Below, piece after piece: positions 13,154-25,949 of a stretch of 64,000 nt of DNA (the stretch's first letter is position 1; each line of letters begins with the position of its first letter). The DNA comes from Nemertoderma westbladi (taxonomy: Eukaryota > Animalia > Xenacoelomorpha). Below the pieces are notes generated by a model, which did not search any database, was not told the origin of the DNA, and saw only the letters and a program-made list of their open reading frames with translations. Location: positions 18,102 through 82,101 of the forward strand of contig JAUCBJ010001224.1 of assembly GCA_032718475.1 (NCBI GenBank), read 5' to 3'. The translations under genes were made by a program, and so were the position numbers.

Positions 13154-13279
13154 CGTGGCTGTGTCTCTTTCAACCAATTCTTCTGAGTCCCGACTGTTTT
13201 CTCCAAGGCACTCAACAACTAAAAGAGCTGCCAGGAGTAGAGACGTTAACAGGAGTAGAGACGACATTGCCTTTAACAT
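13154..13279 (-). CDS. Signal-peptide exon, probable exon 1 of the FReD gene
   Basis: MLKAMSSLLLLTSLLLAALLVVECLG-ENSRDSEELVERDTAT (42 codons), followed by a phase-0 donor GTACGT at 13153. Confidence 0.7.
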
Positions 13280-14399
13280 TGTAGAGTTACAGTAAACGAT
13301 TTTATCTTCACGAAGGAAAATACAAACTTCTGTGATTGAATTTAGGGTAAACTCTACCTTCTGTATTATACAGTACAGTATATATTTATACAAAGTAATA
13401 CATGTGCATTAAAGCAAGTGTACACGTGGCAACTTTTTTGTTCGACAACCTGAGTTTTTCATAAACTTGCTGAGAAAGTTGCCACGTTCCGTCCGTTAGT
13501 AACGGGTATTACATCATAGTGAATGCAAAGTAGCGCATGTTACTAAATGGAGCAGGTTATATGAATAAATAATTGGTGTTTATGAAAAAAAAAGAAACGA
13601 GACTAAGGACACCACGTACTTTCCTACTAAAAAATGTGCCAGCCGTCACATAATCCACGGACAGTGGCTTCGGCGTACCAGTTAAAGAAAGTGGAATCAA
13701 TATATATGAATAAATAGTTGAAGTAGTACTTCGTGTAGTCATGCTGTAGACAGCAGAATAACTGTATATGGGGCAAGGCAATATATGACCCACAGGATTC
13801 TCTCTCTTGGCTGTTACCATAAATCCGTCTAGACATAGACGGATAATGAAGCCAATTAGAGTTAAAGAATAAAATACAAATTTAATATATATTTTGAAAG
13901 ATATTCAAATTTACAGGCCTCATGCAACAACAGGTTCAACGAAAGTTACAAGAAACGTTCTAAGCAATCAGAACAGGCACTATGACAAATACAGTATGAA
14001 ACCTGTACTGAACGTTAATGAAGATACATTAGCGAAATGTACAAAGCAATGTCAAATTAGTTAGTATCAAGGACAAATATACGCAAGGACAGGCGAAATG
14101 AAGGACTTGATCAAAACAATCAAAAGTAATCTTAAAGCCTATCTATCTATAGACTTAAAGTAAAGCTATTTTTATTATACTTCAAATTCACAAATTGTTA
14201 AAAAAAAACATAATGAAATGAAATTCAAGACACTGAAAGATTAACTTTAAATATAATGAGTATTATGAAACTGAAAAATATGGAACTTTAATTAATAAAT
14301 CATATTATAATAATAAATATTAATATTTATTATCTTATTATTTAATATTTAATATTTAATATTGTTACATTAATATTATTAATAGCAATATAAATATTA

Positions 14400-15800
14400 C
14401 TTCATGTGTGGAAATGCTATATCTTTATAGTATGCTACAACGTGGTCATTACTAATGACCACATATTAGTGCCTCAAATCATGTCTTAACCCCAAACGAG
14501 CCCCCCCCCCCCCCCCCTCCCGTCTTCAGGTGCCATTCGAGTAGTAGTGCGCACCAAGTGAACTCAGTATCGTTAACAATTGGTATAAAGTGTGGGTGTG
14601 CAACAGTTTTGATTCAAATTCCGAAGAAATCCAGTAGGCACTGGTGCTTCGTTGAAAAGCTGCAATTGATGCTGTAACAGTCATTTATGAATTTAGCCTG
14701 TTCTTCAGTTGTATGACTTGGTTTTAGAGGTTGCAGGCGCTTCTTCAAGTTTCCTTTGTGGTAGCGGTAGTTGAGCAGAGAAGATAGGGATGGGAGGCCA
14801 TGTTCTAGGGCTGCATCCTTGAAAGTACTGCTGAGGCCCATGTACTTGTGGTTTGAACAAGAGTTTGACAGAAGGTTTACTCGTAGACTCAGTTGCAAAC
14901 TGAAGTTTGGACATTTTATAACCCTGTGAATAGTTCCAAGACACGCAACGAAAGATAGTGTTGTTATCGGTGATGTTTTGAAGAGAGTATAAATGCAGTC
15001 ATTAGATACATAATTTGGGACGTGGAGTAGACCCCGTAGTATTTTCCTGTAGTGGGAATCGACCCGTCTTTGATCATTAATGGACATTGCGCCAATACCA
15101 AGGCCTTGAGAGTGAATGTATGAAGGGATTGCAATCGATTTCCTGAGTTGTGCAATGACTTAAATAGAGTAATGTTTTGCAGTCCAGCCATTGTTGTGGA
15201 ATCGTTAGATATCGCCAGATAGTATAGTGAGATTGCGAATACAGTCACCCCGTGGTTTTATAGTCTGATCTTAAGTTTACGCCTAGGAAGCAGACGGATT
15301 TAGAGTCTGGCACTAATGTTCCTCCAATGTTAAGTACAATTGGCATACTTTCAGAGGTGGCAGCTTTAAATACGGTCCATTTACTTTTAGAGGGGACGAG
15401 TTCCAGCTATAATCAGTTCGTCATACTGGCAATGACTTTGTCTATTCTCTCCAAATCCTGCCGGGAATTGGCAAGTACTATGGTATCATCTGAATAATTG
15501 ATAACATGTATCATTGGCCATCTGTTTTTACCTGAATCCATGGGGCATAGAGTGTCGTAGATAGGTTGTGTGAAGAAATTGAAGATATATGGGGAGATGA
15601 GGGATCCTTGTTTAACTCCTATATTCACTTTGAAGCCATCAATATCTACACTGTTATCCATACATATAAACATTAGTCCTAGTCTGTAGTAGCTGAAGAG
15701 GACCCTACATATGAAGGGGTTTATGACCTCCAGTAATCGACTGCATAGTAGATGGTGATCTACAGAATCGAAGGCTGCCGCTATGTCAACCTGGCAGACA
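14400..15800 (-). mobile_element. Degenerate LINE RT and C-terminal region
   Basis: VDIAAAFDSVDH, GVKQGSLISPYIFN, INYSDDTIVLA; downstream YRKILRGLLHVP. Cut off at 15800 by an RTE tail. Confidence 0.85.
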
Positions 15801-17048
15801 ACTACTACTAGGATCGGCATGCTGCATTGCAGCAGCATTTTTAAGAATGCTGTGCCGGCTTGTCAACAAAATTGCACCGCCACAACTCCCTATCACCCAT
15901 GACATTTGCTAGATCATCCGCATCTTCAAGGCCAGTGTCCTTTAAGATGCGTCTCAAGAAAGTCATGGGCTGTCCACCATGCTTATTCACTCCATGAGGC
16001 TGCCAAAGTACAAGATTATGCACTGGCTGGTCCTCACGGCGAAAGCAATGTCCTGCAAAGCGGAGGCGATTTTGTTCTAGATTTTGTTCAACGTATATAT
16101 GCCACAGATTTCTATGGCAGCCAACTATGGGATCTATGGTCTAATGAAGCTCAACGCATTATTAAATCATGGAACATTAACACTAGATTAGTTTGGGGTT
16201 TACCGGTTAATGCACATCGCTATATTGTGGAAGGTTTGGTGCATTTCTCATATCCGTTTTCAATGGTGTGTGGTAGATTTGTACAGTTCGCTAATAAGCT
16301 GTTACATAGTTCCAAACCATCGATTCGTTTTCTAGCCAATCTGTCATTTTTTGACTGTAGGTCGGTTTCAGGTAAAAATTTAAGACAGATATCACGTACT
16401 TGTAATAATGGTTGCTTATCTAATCTAACAGTTAAATTGTGTAATAAATTTAGGTGGTACGTAGATGATTCTCGTGTGTCGGATATTAACATTTGTAGGG
16501 AAATTGTAGACTGTAGGTATAATTTAATCGAGATACCTGGTTTCACCCAGTATGAGTTAGAACAAATTTTTATTAATGTTTGTGTAAATTAAATATATAT
16601 ATATACGTGGGCCTGAAAATTACTCTTATGTATAGTATTACATATTTATTATTCCTCTATCTATATTTTACAGTAGGTCTTGTTTGTGCTATATATATAT
16701 ATATATACTATATACTTGTATTCGAATCTATTACCGGTATCTGTACCCCGCAACTGGGAGTATGAATATAATTAATAATAATAATAATATTGTGACTGGT
16801 TGGAGATGTGTGCATTGAACTTGACACAATGAACCCGGCGTAGCATTCTTGTGAATGTGCCATCCAGAGATTTGGTGTCCTCAGCAGTTAGAGCCCAGCA
16901 TGGACTCCCATAGAGGAGTACTGGAACTACTGCTGCTCTAAATAACCGGACCTTAAGTTTCCGATTAATTCTCTCCAATCCTCCAATGTTATATAGTGTC
17001 TAGTTGGTGATGTGTGCATTGTACTTGACACAATGAACCCGGCGTAGT
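15801..17048 (-). mobile_element. RTE 3' fragment (inverted copy of 18860-19370), interrupted by a LINE
   Basis: 15801-16080 and 16790-16975 are near-identical reverse complements of the + strand RTE end, including the (AGT)n tail. 16980-17048 is a further diverged partial copy. Confidence 0.9.
16081..16790 (+). mobile_element. 5'-truncated LINE 3' end with (AAT)n tail
   Basis: YATDFYGSQLWDL...WN...RLVWGLP..AHRY is a typical LINE ORF2 C-terminus; ends in AATAATAATAAT. Confidence 0.8.
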
Positions 17049-17049
17049 A

Positions 17050-19375
17050 AGACGCCGGAAGTACAAGACTGTAATGCATTTACACTTCGACCCTTCTCCA
17101 GTGATCACCGCCTTATTGTGGCCAAGGTAAGACTTAGTCTGCGTGCTAGCAGAACAACGAAATCTGCCTTGCCGCGGCATGACTGGTCCTCTCTGTTGCA
17201 ACAGCCAAGTGTGAGATCCAGCTTCACACTACAGCTGAGCAACAGGTATGAGGCTCTTGCCTCTGAGGCGGCAGATCACTGTGAGGGCTATACTGCCTTC
17301 ACAGAGGCAGCTAAGTTAGCAGCTGCATAAAAAGTTCCTGTATACCCTCGAAACAGGAAACGGGCCCCCTGGACTGACAACAAAATTCAGAAGTGCCGAA
17401 ATTACCTCTACAAGGCGCAGAAGGAGAGTCCCGACGCAAACAGACTACAGCGGCCAAGAATGCAGTTAAGGCTGCATCTAGGTCCCTGAACAGGCAGTAC
17501 TCGGTTAATTTACAGGAGCTAATAAACCAACAGGTTGATGCCATCAATGATGCTGACGACAGCAGGCAATCATCCCAGGCATGGAGATCGATCAACTTGC
17601 TTGCTGGTCGAAAAAGCCAACCTACCACCAAGGTTAAGGCTGAATCACCAGCCGATCGCCTCAATGGTTGGAAGGCCCACTTTGAAAAGCTCCTCAATAA
17701 TGACAGGGTATTGCCTGATAACTTTATAGAAGTAAAAGTGTCTGAGTCTGTACTCCCAGATATTCCCATTGGTGATATCTCCTTTGCAGAAGTGAAGGCT
17801 GCTGCAAAGAGCATTAAGACCAATCGTGCCAGTGGAGTAGATGGTGTTCCCCCTGAGGTCTTTAAAATACCTGAGTGTTTAAAGCTCATCTATCCCATCA
17901 TAGTAGACATGTACCGTACAACAAGAGTCCCACAAGAAATGAAAACAAATAAGTTGGTGCCAGTTCCCAAGAAGGGCAACCTAACACTCTATGGTTCCTT
18001 TCGGGGAATCTCATTGATCTCAATTGCTGCAAAGCTATACAATAGAATTCTATTAAATCGCATCAGAGATCCCATTGAGAGACTGCTCCGTGGAAATCAG
18101 AATGGGTTCCGTAAAGGTCGTGGGACCATGAAGCCCATTTTGGCACTTAGAAGGATAATTGAAGAATTATCAAAAAAGGAAGACAGGCATCTGGCTGTTA
18201 TCTTTGTTGACTTCTTCAAGGCCTTTGATTCAGTCTCTCGCTCACATGTGTTCAGCATACTTTCATTATATGGGATTCCTGATGAAATTATTGCAGCAAT
18301 CAGATCAGTATACGATGGTTCGACAACATTTGTGTCTACTGTTGACGGTGACACAGAACCATTTGAAGTGTTATGGGGCGACACACTCCAGGGAGACACA
18401 CTTGCACCATTCTTGTTCATAATTGTTGTTGACTATGTTCTACGCATGTCCTTAGATCATCATAATGATGATGGGGTGATGATAACTCCACCTACTGGCT
18501 CCAGAAGTCGAGGAAATCCTGCCAAGTACCTAACTGATCTAGACTTTGCTGATGACTTAGGAGTACTCTCAGAATCACTAGAGGGAGCCAAACGGCTCCT
18601 CAGCTCATTAGAACATGCTGCTTCTAGTGTTGGTCTTTTTATTAACTCCATAAAGACCAAAATATTGACAGTTAACTTTGAAAGTCCTCAGCAAGTGTCT
18701 GATCGGATGAGCATAAGCTCAAAAGATGGTATGCTTGAGCATGTGGATGACTTCTGTTACCTGGGATCATGGATCCGGAAGTCAGGTGAGGACCTTCGAA
18801 TACGTAAGGGAAAGGCATGGGCAGCCTTGAATATGCTTTCCAGGATTTGGAAGTCACCGAGAATTAATCGGAAACTTAAGGTCCGGTTATTTAGAGCAGC
18901 AGTAGTTCCAGTACTCCTCTATGGGAGTCCATGCTGGGCTCTAACTGCTGAGGACACCAAATCTCTGGATGGCACATTCACAGGAATGCTACGCCGGGTT
19001 CATTGTGTCAAGTTCAACGCACACATCTCCAACCAGACACAATATAACATTGGAGGTGTCTCATTGGTTCCCCCAAGCTTGACACTAGAACAAAATCGCC
19101 TCCGCTTTGCAGGACATTGCTTTCGCCGTGAAGACCAGCCAGTGCATAATCTTGTACTGTAGTTTGGCAGCCTCATGGAGTGAATAAGCATGGTGGACAG
19201 CCCATGACTTTCTTGAGACGCATCTTAAAGGAGACTGGCCTTGAAGATGCGGATGATCTAGCAAATGTCATGGGTGATAAGGAGTTATGGCGGTGCAATT
19301 TTGTCGATAAGCCGGCACAGCATTCTTAAAAATGCAGCTGCAATGCAGCGTGCCGATCCTAGTAGTAGTAGTAGC
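17050..19375 (+). mobile_element. RTE-clade non-LTR retrotransposon, 5'-truncated, with stops
   Basis: APE end (SSDHRLIV); RT motifs ASGVDG, PVPKKG, FRGISL, QNGFR, FVDFFKAFDS, QGDTLAP, FADD, YLGS; LLYGS; RLRFAGHCFR; (AGT)n tail. Confidence 0.95.
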
Positions 19376-19449
19376 AGTACGAGCAGCAATGGCAGGTGTA
19401 ATTGGGTTTAATGTTGGTGCAATTTGTGTCTTGTGTTTAGATGGAGGGG

Positions 19450-20260
19450 ATTTCTTTATTATGTGAGTTTGGTTTAGCTTTCTTTGTCCACTGTGGTGAC
19501 TGGTGGTACTGGCAATGTCTGCATATTGACTCTGTGGATGGACAGTTTGCCTTAGGTTATAGCGACATGTATGTTGTGTAATTTTGCCCTGGAATGTGTA
19601 ATTAACATCACTACTCATATTATTTGTTGGTATTTTACAGTTATCAATAATATTAAGCAGCCAGCTCCTGAAGTCAGATGTATGAGTGTGTTGGGGGATG
19701 ATGGTCTGGGACCCTTGACTAAGTGCCAGTGCATAGGCACAGATGAAAGTTCCGCAATCATTTTTGTTGTTGATTGTATGTTGGCCAGGGTATGGCATTA
19801 ACAACATTCCATTGATTTGTACAGCCATTTATTTCTTCAATTGTATTTAGTACCTCACATATTTTCCTGGCATGTTTGGTAGTGACTACTTTGCGTAGTG
19901 AGCAGTATGTGTAGACGGAAAAATCCTGCTTATTAGCAATGTGTAAATAATAATGACCATCATTACATTGTGGAAAAAGTATGAGTGATGATGTTCGAAC
20001 TCGACCATTACTAGTAATGAATCGCAGGGTAGTAGGAGACACATATGGTATATTTTGTAGCTCAATACCGAATTGAGTATTTATAGTTGCTATTTAATCA
20101 GTGTGACGTTCAAGTAGTGTAAAGAAGACGTCAATCACACTAGATGCAATTTCACACCCTGGGTTTAGTGTTAAGAGCGATTTCCACTCAGGTGGATGGT
20201 AGACTCTGTTAATGTTTGGGGTTTTCAAAAGAGCAGCAGATAATGCACTGTAGTCCACTT
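19450..20260 (-). pseudogene. Ulp1/C48-like cysteine protease remnant, probably TE-borne
   Basis: ILFPQCNDGHYYL (catalytic His), YTYCSL, NKNDCGTFIC (catalytic Cys), and upstream LNPGCEIASSVIDVF; frameshifted. Confidence 0.65.
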
Positions 20261-20549
20261 GATTGTGTTTATAAATTGTGGAGCTTCACTCTTTAGGTGG
20301 TGTGGGTAGTGTCAAATGATATCGCTATCACCCTGAGACTGATTTGGACTATTGACATATACTGTTGAGGGCTGTGCATACTTATTGGCCACTGCAGTTT
20401 CTTGTATTTTAGCATCTTGGTATTCATATCCAATTGTCAGTACCACAGGGTCGCTAGATTCCCTGCATATTGCGGGTATTCCTTTAACTATAGTGGTGTC
20501 ATTCGCTTCTCCTCTGACCCAGTGAGAGTCCATCGCAAATCCTCGGACT

Positions 20550-20742
20550 ACAGTGGACTCCGGTGATACTCCTACAACCCTAGCAGAGTCCGTCGTGACT
20601 CCTCCAACCCTGGCAGAGTCCGTCGTTACTCCTCCAACCGCATCGGAGTCAGTCGTTACTACTCCAGCCCTGGCAGAGTCCGTTGTGAATCCTCAGACCC
20701 TGGCACAGTCCGTCGTGACTCCTCCAACCCTGGCATAGTCCG
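20550..20742. repeat. 30-bp minisatellite, about 6 diverged copies
   Basis: Unit approximately GCAGAGTCCGTCGTGACTCCTCCAACCCTG (AESVVTPPTL). Confidence 0.9.
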
Positions 20743-21042
20743 ACAATTAAAACATAAGTTGATTTGAAGAACAATCCGATACGTTCAATCAGCGCAACAA
20801 AGTCGAAGCGGGAAATAAAAATTACAAACATTGTTGCCAGTTTTATTAAATCAACGGTTGCTTGCATGATGTGGTATCATAGGGTTTCCCCGAAAACCTT
20901 TATTAACAAAGGCCACTAGAAAACAGGCGAGACCAGAAAACTGTGTCTTGAAGAGGTGGTTTTGACAGTTTACCCTCCAGCGCAGAAAATCTTCCTCTTC
21001 TAGTGGACCAATACAATCGTGAGTCACAGTGTAACTATACAC

Positions 21043-21630
21043 TTTCCGTAAAGGTCGTGGGACCATGGAGCCTATTTGGCCACCTAGAAGGATAATTGAA
21101 GAGTTATCAAACAAGCTTGTCTGGCTTGCTGTTATCGTTGTTGATTTCTTCCAGGCCTTCGATTCAGCTCTCTCTCTCACTTATTTTCAACATAATTCGT
21201 TTCATTATATGGGAATCCTAATGAAATTATTTCAGCAATCAGATAAGACATTTGTGTCTACTATTGGTAGTGGCACAGATCCTTTCGAAGTGTTATGGTG
21301 AGTCCTCCAGGGAGACACACTTGCTCCATTCTTGTTCATGATTGTGGTTGACTATATTCTACGCAAGTCCTTAGATCATCATAATGATGATGGGGTGATG
21401 ATAACTCCACCTAATGGCTCCAGAAGTCGAGGAAATCGTGCCAAGTACCTAACTGATCTAGACTTTGCTGATGACTTAGGTGTACTCTCAGAATCACTAG
21501 AGGGAGCCAAACAGCTCATTAAAACAACTACTAGTGTTGGTCTTTTTGTTAACTGCAAGAAGACCAAAATTTTGTCAGTTAACTTTGAAATTCCTCAGGA
21601 AAATCTCTGATCGTTTTAGCATAAGCTCAG
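21043..21630 (+). mobile_element. Second, more degraded RTE RT fragment
   Basis: Aligns by eye to 18108-18720 (QGDTLAP, DLDFADDLGVLSES) with deletions. Confidence 0.9.
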
Positions 21631-23364
21631 TTACCTGGAATCATGGAACCGGAAGTCTCCTTACCTGGAATCATGGAACCGGAAGTCTCCTTACCTGGAA
21701 TCATGGAACCGGAAGTCTCCTTACCTGGAATCATGGAACCGGAAGTCTCCTTACCTGGAATCATGGAACCGGAAGTCTCCTTACCTGGAATCATGGAACC
21801 GGAAGTCTCCTTACCTGGAATCATGGAACCGGAAGTCTCCTTACCTGGAATCATGGAACCGGAAGTCTCCTTACCTGGAATCATGGAACCGGAAGTCTCC
21901 TTACCTGGAATCATGGAACCGGAAGTCTCCTTACCTGGAATCATGGAACCGGAAGTCTCCTTACCTGGAATCATGGAACCGGAAGTCTCCTTACCTGGAA
22001 TCATGGAACCGGAAGTCTCCTTACCTGGAATCATGGAACCGGAAGTCTCCTTACCTGGAATCATGGAACCGGAAGTCTCCTTACCTGGAATCATGGAACC
22101 GGAAGTCTCCTTACCTGGAATCATGGAACCGGAAGTCTCCTTACCTGGAATCATGGAACCGGAAGTCTCCTTACCTGGAATCATGGAACCGGAAGTCTCC
22201 TTACCTGGAATCATGGAACCGGAAGTCTCCTTACCTGGAATCATGGAACCGGAAGTCTCCTTACCTGGAATCATGGAACCGGAAGTCTCCTTACCTGGAA
22301 TCATGGAACCGGAAGTCTCCTTACCTGGAATCATGGAACCGGAAGTCTCCTTACCTGGAATCATGGAACCGGAAGTCTCCTTACCTGGAATCATGGAACC
22401 GGAAGTCTCCTTACCTGGAATCATGGAACCGGAAGTCTCCTTACCTGGAATCATGGAACCGGAAGTCTCCTTACCTGGAATCATGGAACCGGAAGTCTCC
22501 TTACCTGGAATCATGGAACCGGAAGTCTCCTTACCTGGAATCATGGAACCGGAAGTCTCCTTACCTGGAATCATGGAACCGGAAGTCTCCTTACCTGGAA
22601 TCATGGAACCGGAAGTCTCCTTACCTGGAATCATGGAACCGGAAGTCTCCTTACCTGGAATCATGGAACCGGAAGTCTCCTTACCTGGAATCATGGAACC
22701 GGAAGTCTCCTTACCTGGAATCATGGAACCGGAAGTCTCCTTACCTGGAATCATGGAACCGGAAGTCTCCTTACCTGGAATCATGGAACCGGAAGTCTCC
22801 TTACCTGGAATCATGGAACCGGAAGTCTCCTTACCTGGAATCATGGAACCGGAAGTCTCCTTACCTGGAATCATGGAACCGGAAGTCTCCTTACCTGGAA
22901 TCATGGAACCGGAAGTCTCCTTACCTGGAATCATGGAACCGGAAGTCTCCTTACCTGGAATCATGGAACCGGAAGTCTCCTTACCTGGAATCATGGAACC
23001 GGAAGTCTCCTTACCTGGAATCATGGAACCGGAAGTCTCCTTACCTGGAATCATGGAACCGGAAGTCTCCTTACCTGGAATCATGGAACCGGAAGTCTCC
23101 TTACCTGGAATCATGGAACCGGAAGTCTCCTTACCTGGAATCATGGAACCGGAAGTCTCCTTACCTGGAATCATGGAACCGGAAGTCTCCTTACCTGGAA
23201 TCATGGAACCGGAAGTCTCCTTACCTGGAATCATGGAACCGGAAGTCTCCTTACCTGGAATCATGGAACCGGAAGTCTCCTTACCTGGAATCATGGAACC
23301 GGAAGTCTCCTTACCTGGAATCATGGAACCGGAAGTCTCCTTACCTGGAATCATGGAACCGGAA
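21631..23364 (+). repeat. Perfect 30-bp tandem array: 57 full units plus a 24-nt partial
   Basis: Invariant unit TTACCTGGAATCATGGAACCGGAAGTCTCC. Confidence 0.99.
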
Positions 23365-23509
23365 ATACCAGACAATTGGTTCCCGGACAAATCGATCCAA
23401 GAGATTTCAGTCCGGACAATTCTGTACCAAACTCTAAATTAATGGGACCGATTATCCGGTACCGATTTGTCCTTGGACCGAATTGTCCGGGACCAAATTG
23501 CCCGGTTCC
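23363..23509. mobile_element. MITE with imperfect inverted ends
   Basis: Left ACCAGACAATTGGTTCCCGGACAAATCGATCCAAG versus the reverse complement of the right end, ACCGGGCAATTTGGTCCCGGACAATTCGGTCCAAG. Confidence 0.7.
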
Positions 23510-24521
23510 TGATTGAAACATAATACAGACCAAAAGCAATATATTATACAAATAAATTACAAATATTTAGCTGCTTAATTAGCATATATTATTAATATGT
23601 ATAAATTCAAGAATAAATAACTATTAAATTAATAGCTTAATTTAATTTAGGCATTAGCAAGGCCATCGTAATACAAGGCCGGCTTACCCCCCGATCAGCT
23701 GACCAAAGAAGTCATACTATTGCATAAATAGTTTATATTACATAAATTGTTAGCTACCCACGTATTTAATTTTATATTCCGATATGAATATATATAATAT
23801 AATAGTCCGGCAGCCACAAAAAGTATACCGAAAATTTTTGGAAATATTCAGTTTTTTGATAATTTGAATTCTATAGGTCACTTAATGAGTAAATAGCAAT
23901 GATAACATTTTTGACTTTGGGCATTTTGAATAACGACTTAGTTCCTAAGGACCACGTAATTCTAATTTAAAGCATAGCAACTGCAAAACAGCATGTCATA
24001 ATGGATTGAAATCTTCTACAAAGTCAAGGATTCATTTACGAAAAAATGACAATCTTTTTGTCTGATGTTTAGATCCTGTTGCTATGGAGATGGCATCAAG
24101 TTTAGTGTTGCGATTTCAAACGCCTTTAATTATACCATTAAAATGTAGTTACAAAAAAATATGCACCAAAGTTAGGTAAATTATGATTATTTCATTAGCG
24201 GGGCTTTCCTGTAACTTTAGACAATGTTACGAATCGAAATTGGGCTAATGTTTATTTCCTAACCTAACAAGTTTGAGTGGTAACATTATTATTAAAGATT
24301 ACAATTTTCAGCTATTATAACATTTAGGTGATGTTTCTACTAGTCTACCTGCCAACTCCCGAAAATTAATTTTTTAATGCATTTTTTGTTAATGGTTGGC
24401 ATCCACCTGATTTTTGTACTTCAAGACATGGCGAATCCATGTCATGGACCTGGCGAAGACAGGCGAATGCCACCTCTGCATTTTTGATTTAATGCCTTAT
24501 TTTTTGCTTCAACGTTTTTTT

Positions 24522-25485
24522 GCTCAAAAATGGGTTTTTTCGATTTTAGGATACAAGTTCATGGTGAATGTTAGTGAATCTCGTCTCTTAACCAGTGTAT
24601 AAATTGAAAGTTAATCAAAATGCATCAATGTTGTCCTGAAACTGTTACAAACACTTTGGTAAAGAAGAAAATTTCCGAAATTCCCTTGCAGTCCGCTAAC
24701 CTGGCCCTAGTAAACGCCTTAGCAACAGATTTATGAAATTTTAGTCATTCATTTAGTCTCTCCTTTCCTTTTCTTGAGAAAATCAACAAACAGTTTTAAA
24801 AATTAGAAATCCCGCTCAAAAATGGGTTTTTTCGATTTTAGGATACAGGTTCATGGTGAATGTTTATTTTATTTATTTATTTATTCCTTTATTTCAAACC
24901 AAACAAGGTTCATAGTAAAAACAATACACCGATCAGACAATATAGTTTACACGATACAGTACTAAATTATGAAAATGAATATTTAATAGCACAATATTTA
25001 GATATTAATCGTAAAGTAGGGACAGGTCATTCATGGCCCTAATTCTAGATTCTGTGCAACATGTGCGAATCACATTAATAATGCTATTGGTACTGGTATC
25101 CAAGCGCCGTGATAGGCTCTCAATAGCATTGGCTCTAATATGTACAAAGGATGGTAATCCAAGTAAGCTGCAGGTTAGCGACATACTTGTGGGAGTTGTG
25201 TCGTTTGCCATTCTCGGAATTTTAAAAAGCATTCGAATGTTAGTGAATCTCGTCTCTTAACCAGTGTATAAATTGAAAGTTAATCAAAATGCATCAATGT
25301 TGTCCTGAAACTGTTACAAACACTTTGGTAAAGAAGAAAATTTCCGAAATTCCCTTGCAGTCCGCTAACCTGGCCCTAGTAAACGCCTTAGCAACAGATT
25401 TATGAAATTTTCATCATTAATTTCTCTGTCTCTCCTTTCCTTTTCCTGAGAAAATCAACAAACAGTTTTAAAAATTAGAAATCCC
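24522..25485. repeat. Tandem duplication of ~292 bp; second copy interrupted by a LINE
   Basis: GCTCAAAAATGGG...AATTAGAAATCCC occurs at 24522-24813 and 24814-25485. Confidence 0.9.
24865..25234 (-). mobile_element. 5'-truncated LINE 3' end with 7-bp TSD
   Basis: TSD GAATGTT at 24858-24864 and 25235-25241; (AATA)n tail. Peptide FKIPR...TSMSL is related to the ORF at 56254-56625. Confidence 0.85.
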
Positions 25486-25949
25486 ATCACACAACATAGA
25501 TTCATCATCGGGATCAGTTGGTAAGTTCGTCTCCGTGGGTTGTACACAAACCATGGTGTCGACCTTCTCGTGTCGCGGATCTCGGTTCGCGTCTTCCTCG
25601 GAAGATTCTCCTCTATCTCAATAACTCGCTGCAATGGCTCATCGATTATCGTGGACTCGGTCGGATCTTCATCGGGATGATGAACGGTAGGCGTGCACGC
25701 CTTCCATGATCTTGCCGGGTCCTTAATCTCTGTGTGGCATTCCCCATCATAGGGTACTAACGTTAACATTGTGGGTCTGTCAACAAGACTTCCAGCGTGG
25801 GTGAGATAAGCGTCGCGAAAAACGCTGAATCCCGAGCGCGTGAAAACATCACAGTGAACGTTGGTGTTGTAGAATGGTTGAAGGAATCAGCGAAATACTT
25901 CCGTATGTGTCCTCCCTCCCTCGTAGACTGTATGTCCCTCTCCGAGACA

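Noticed and set aside
21534-23516. 587-660-aa repeat ORFs as established protein genes, or the array as a CRISPR
   Set aside because: The ORFs result from a stop-free 30-bp unit. There are no spacers and no cas genes, and the context is eukaryotic.
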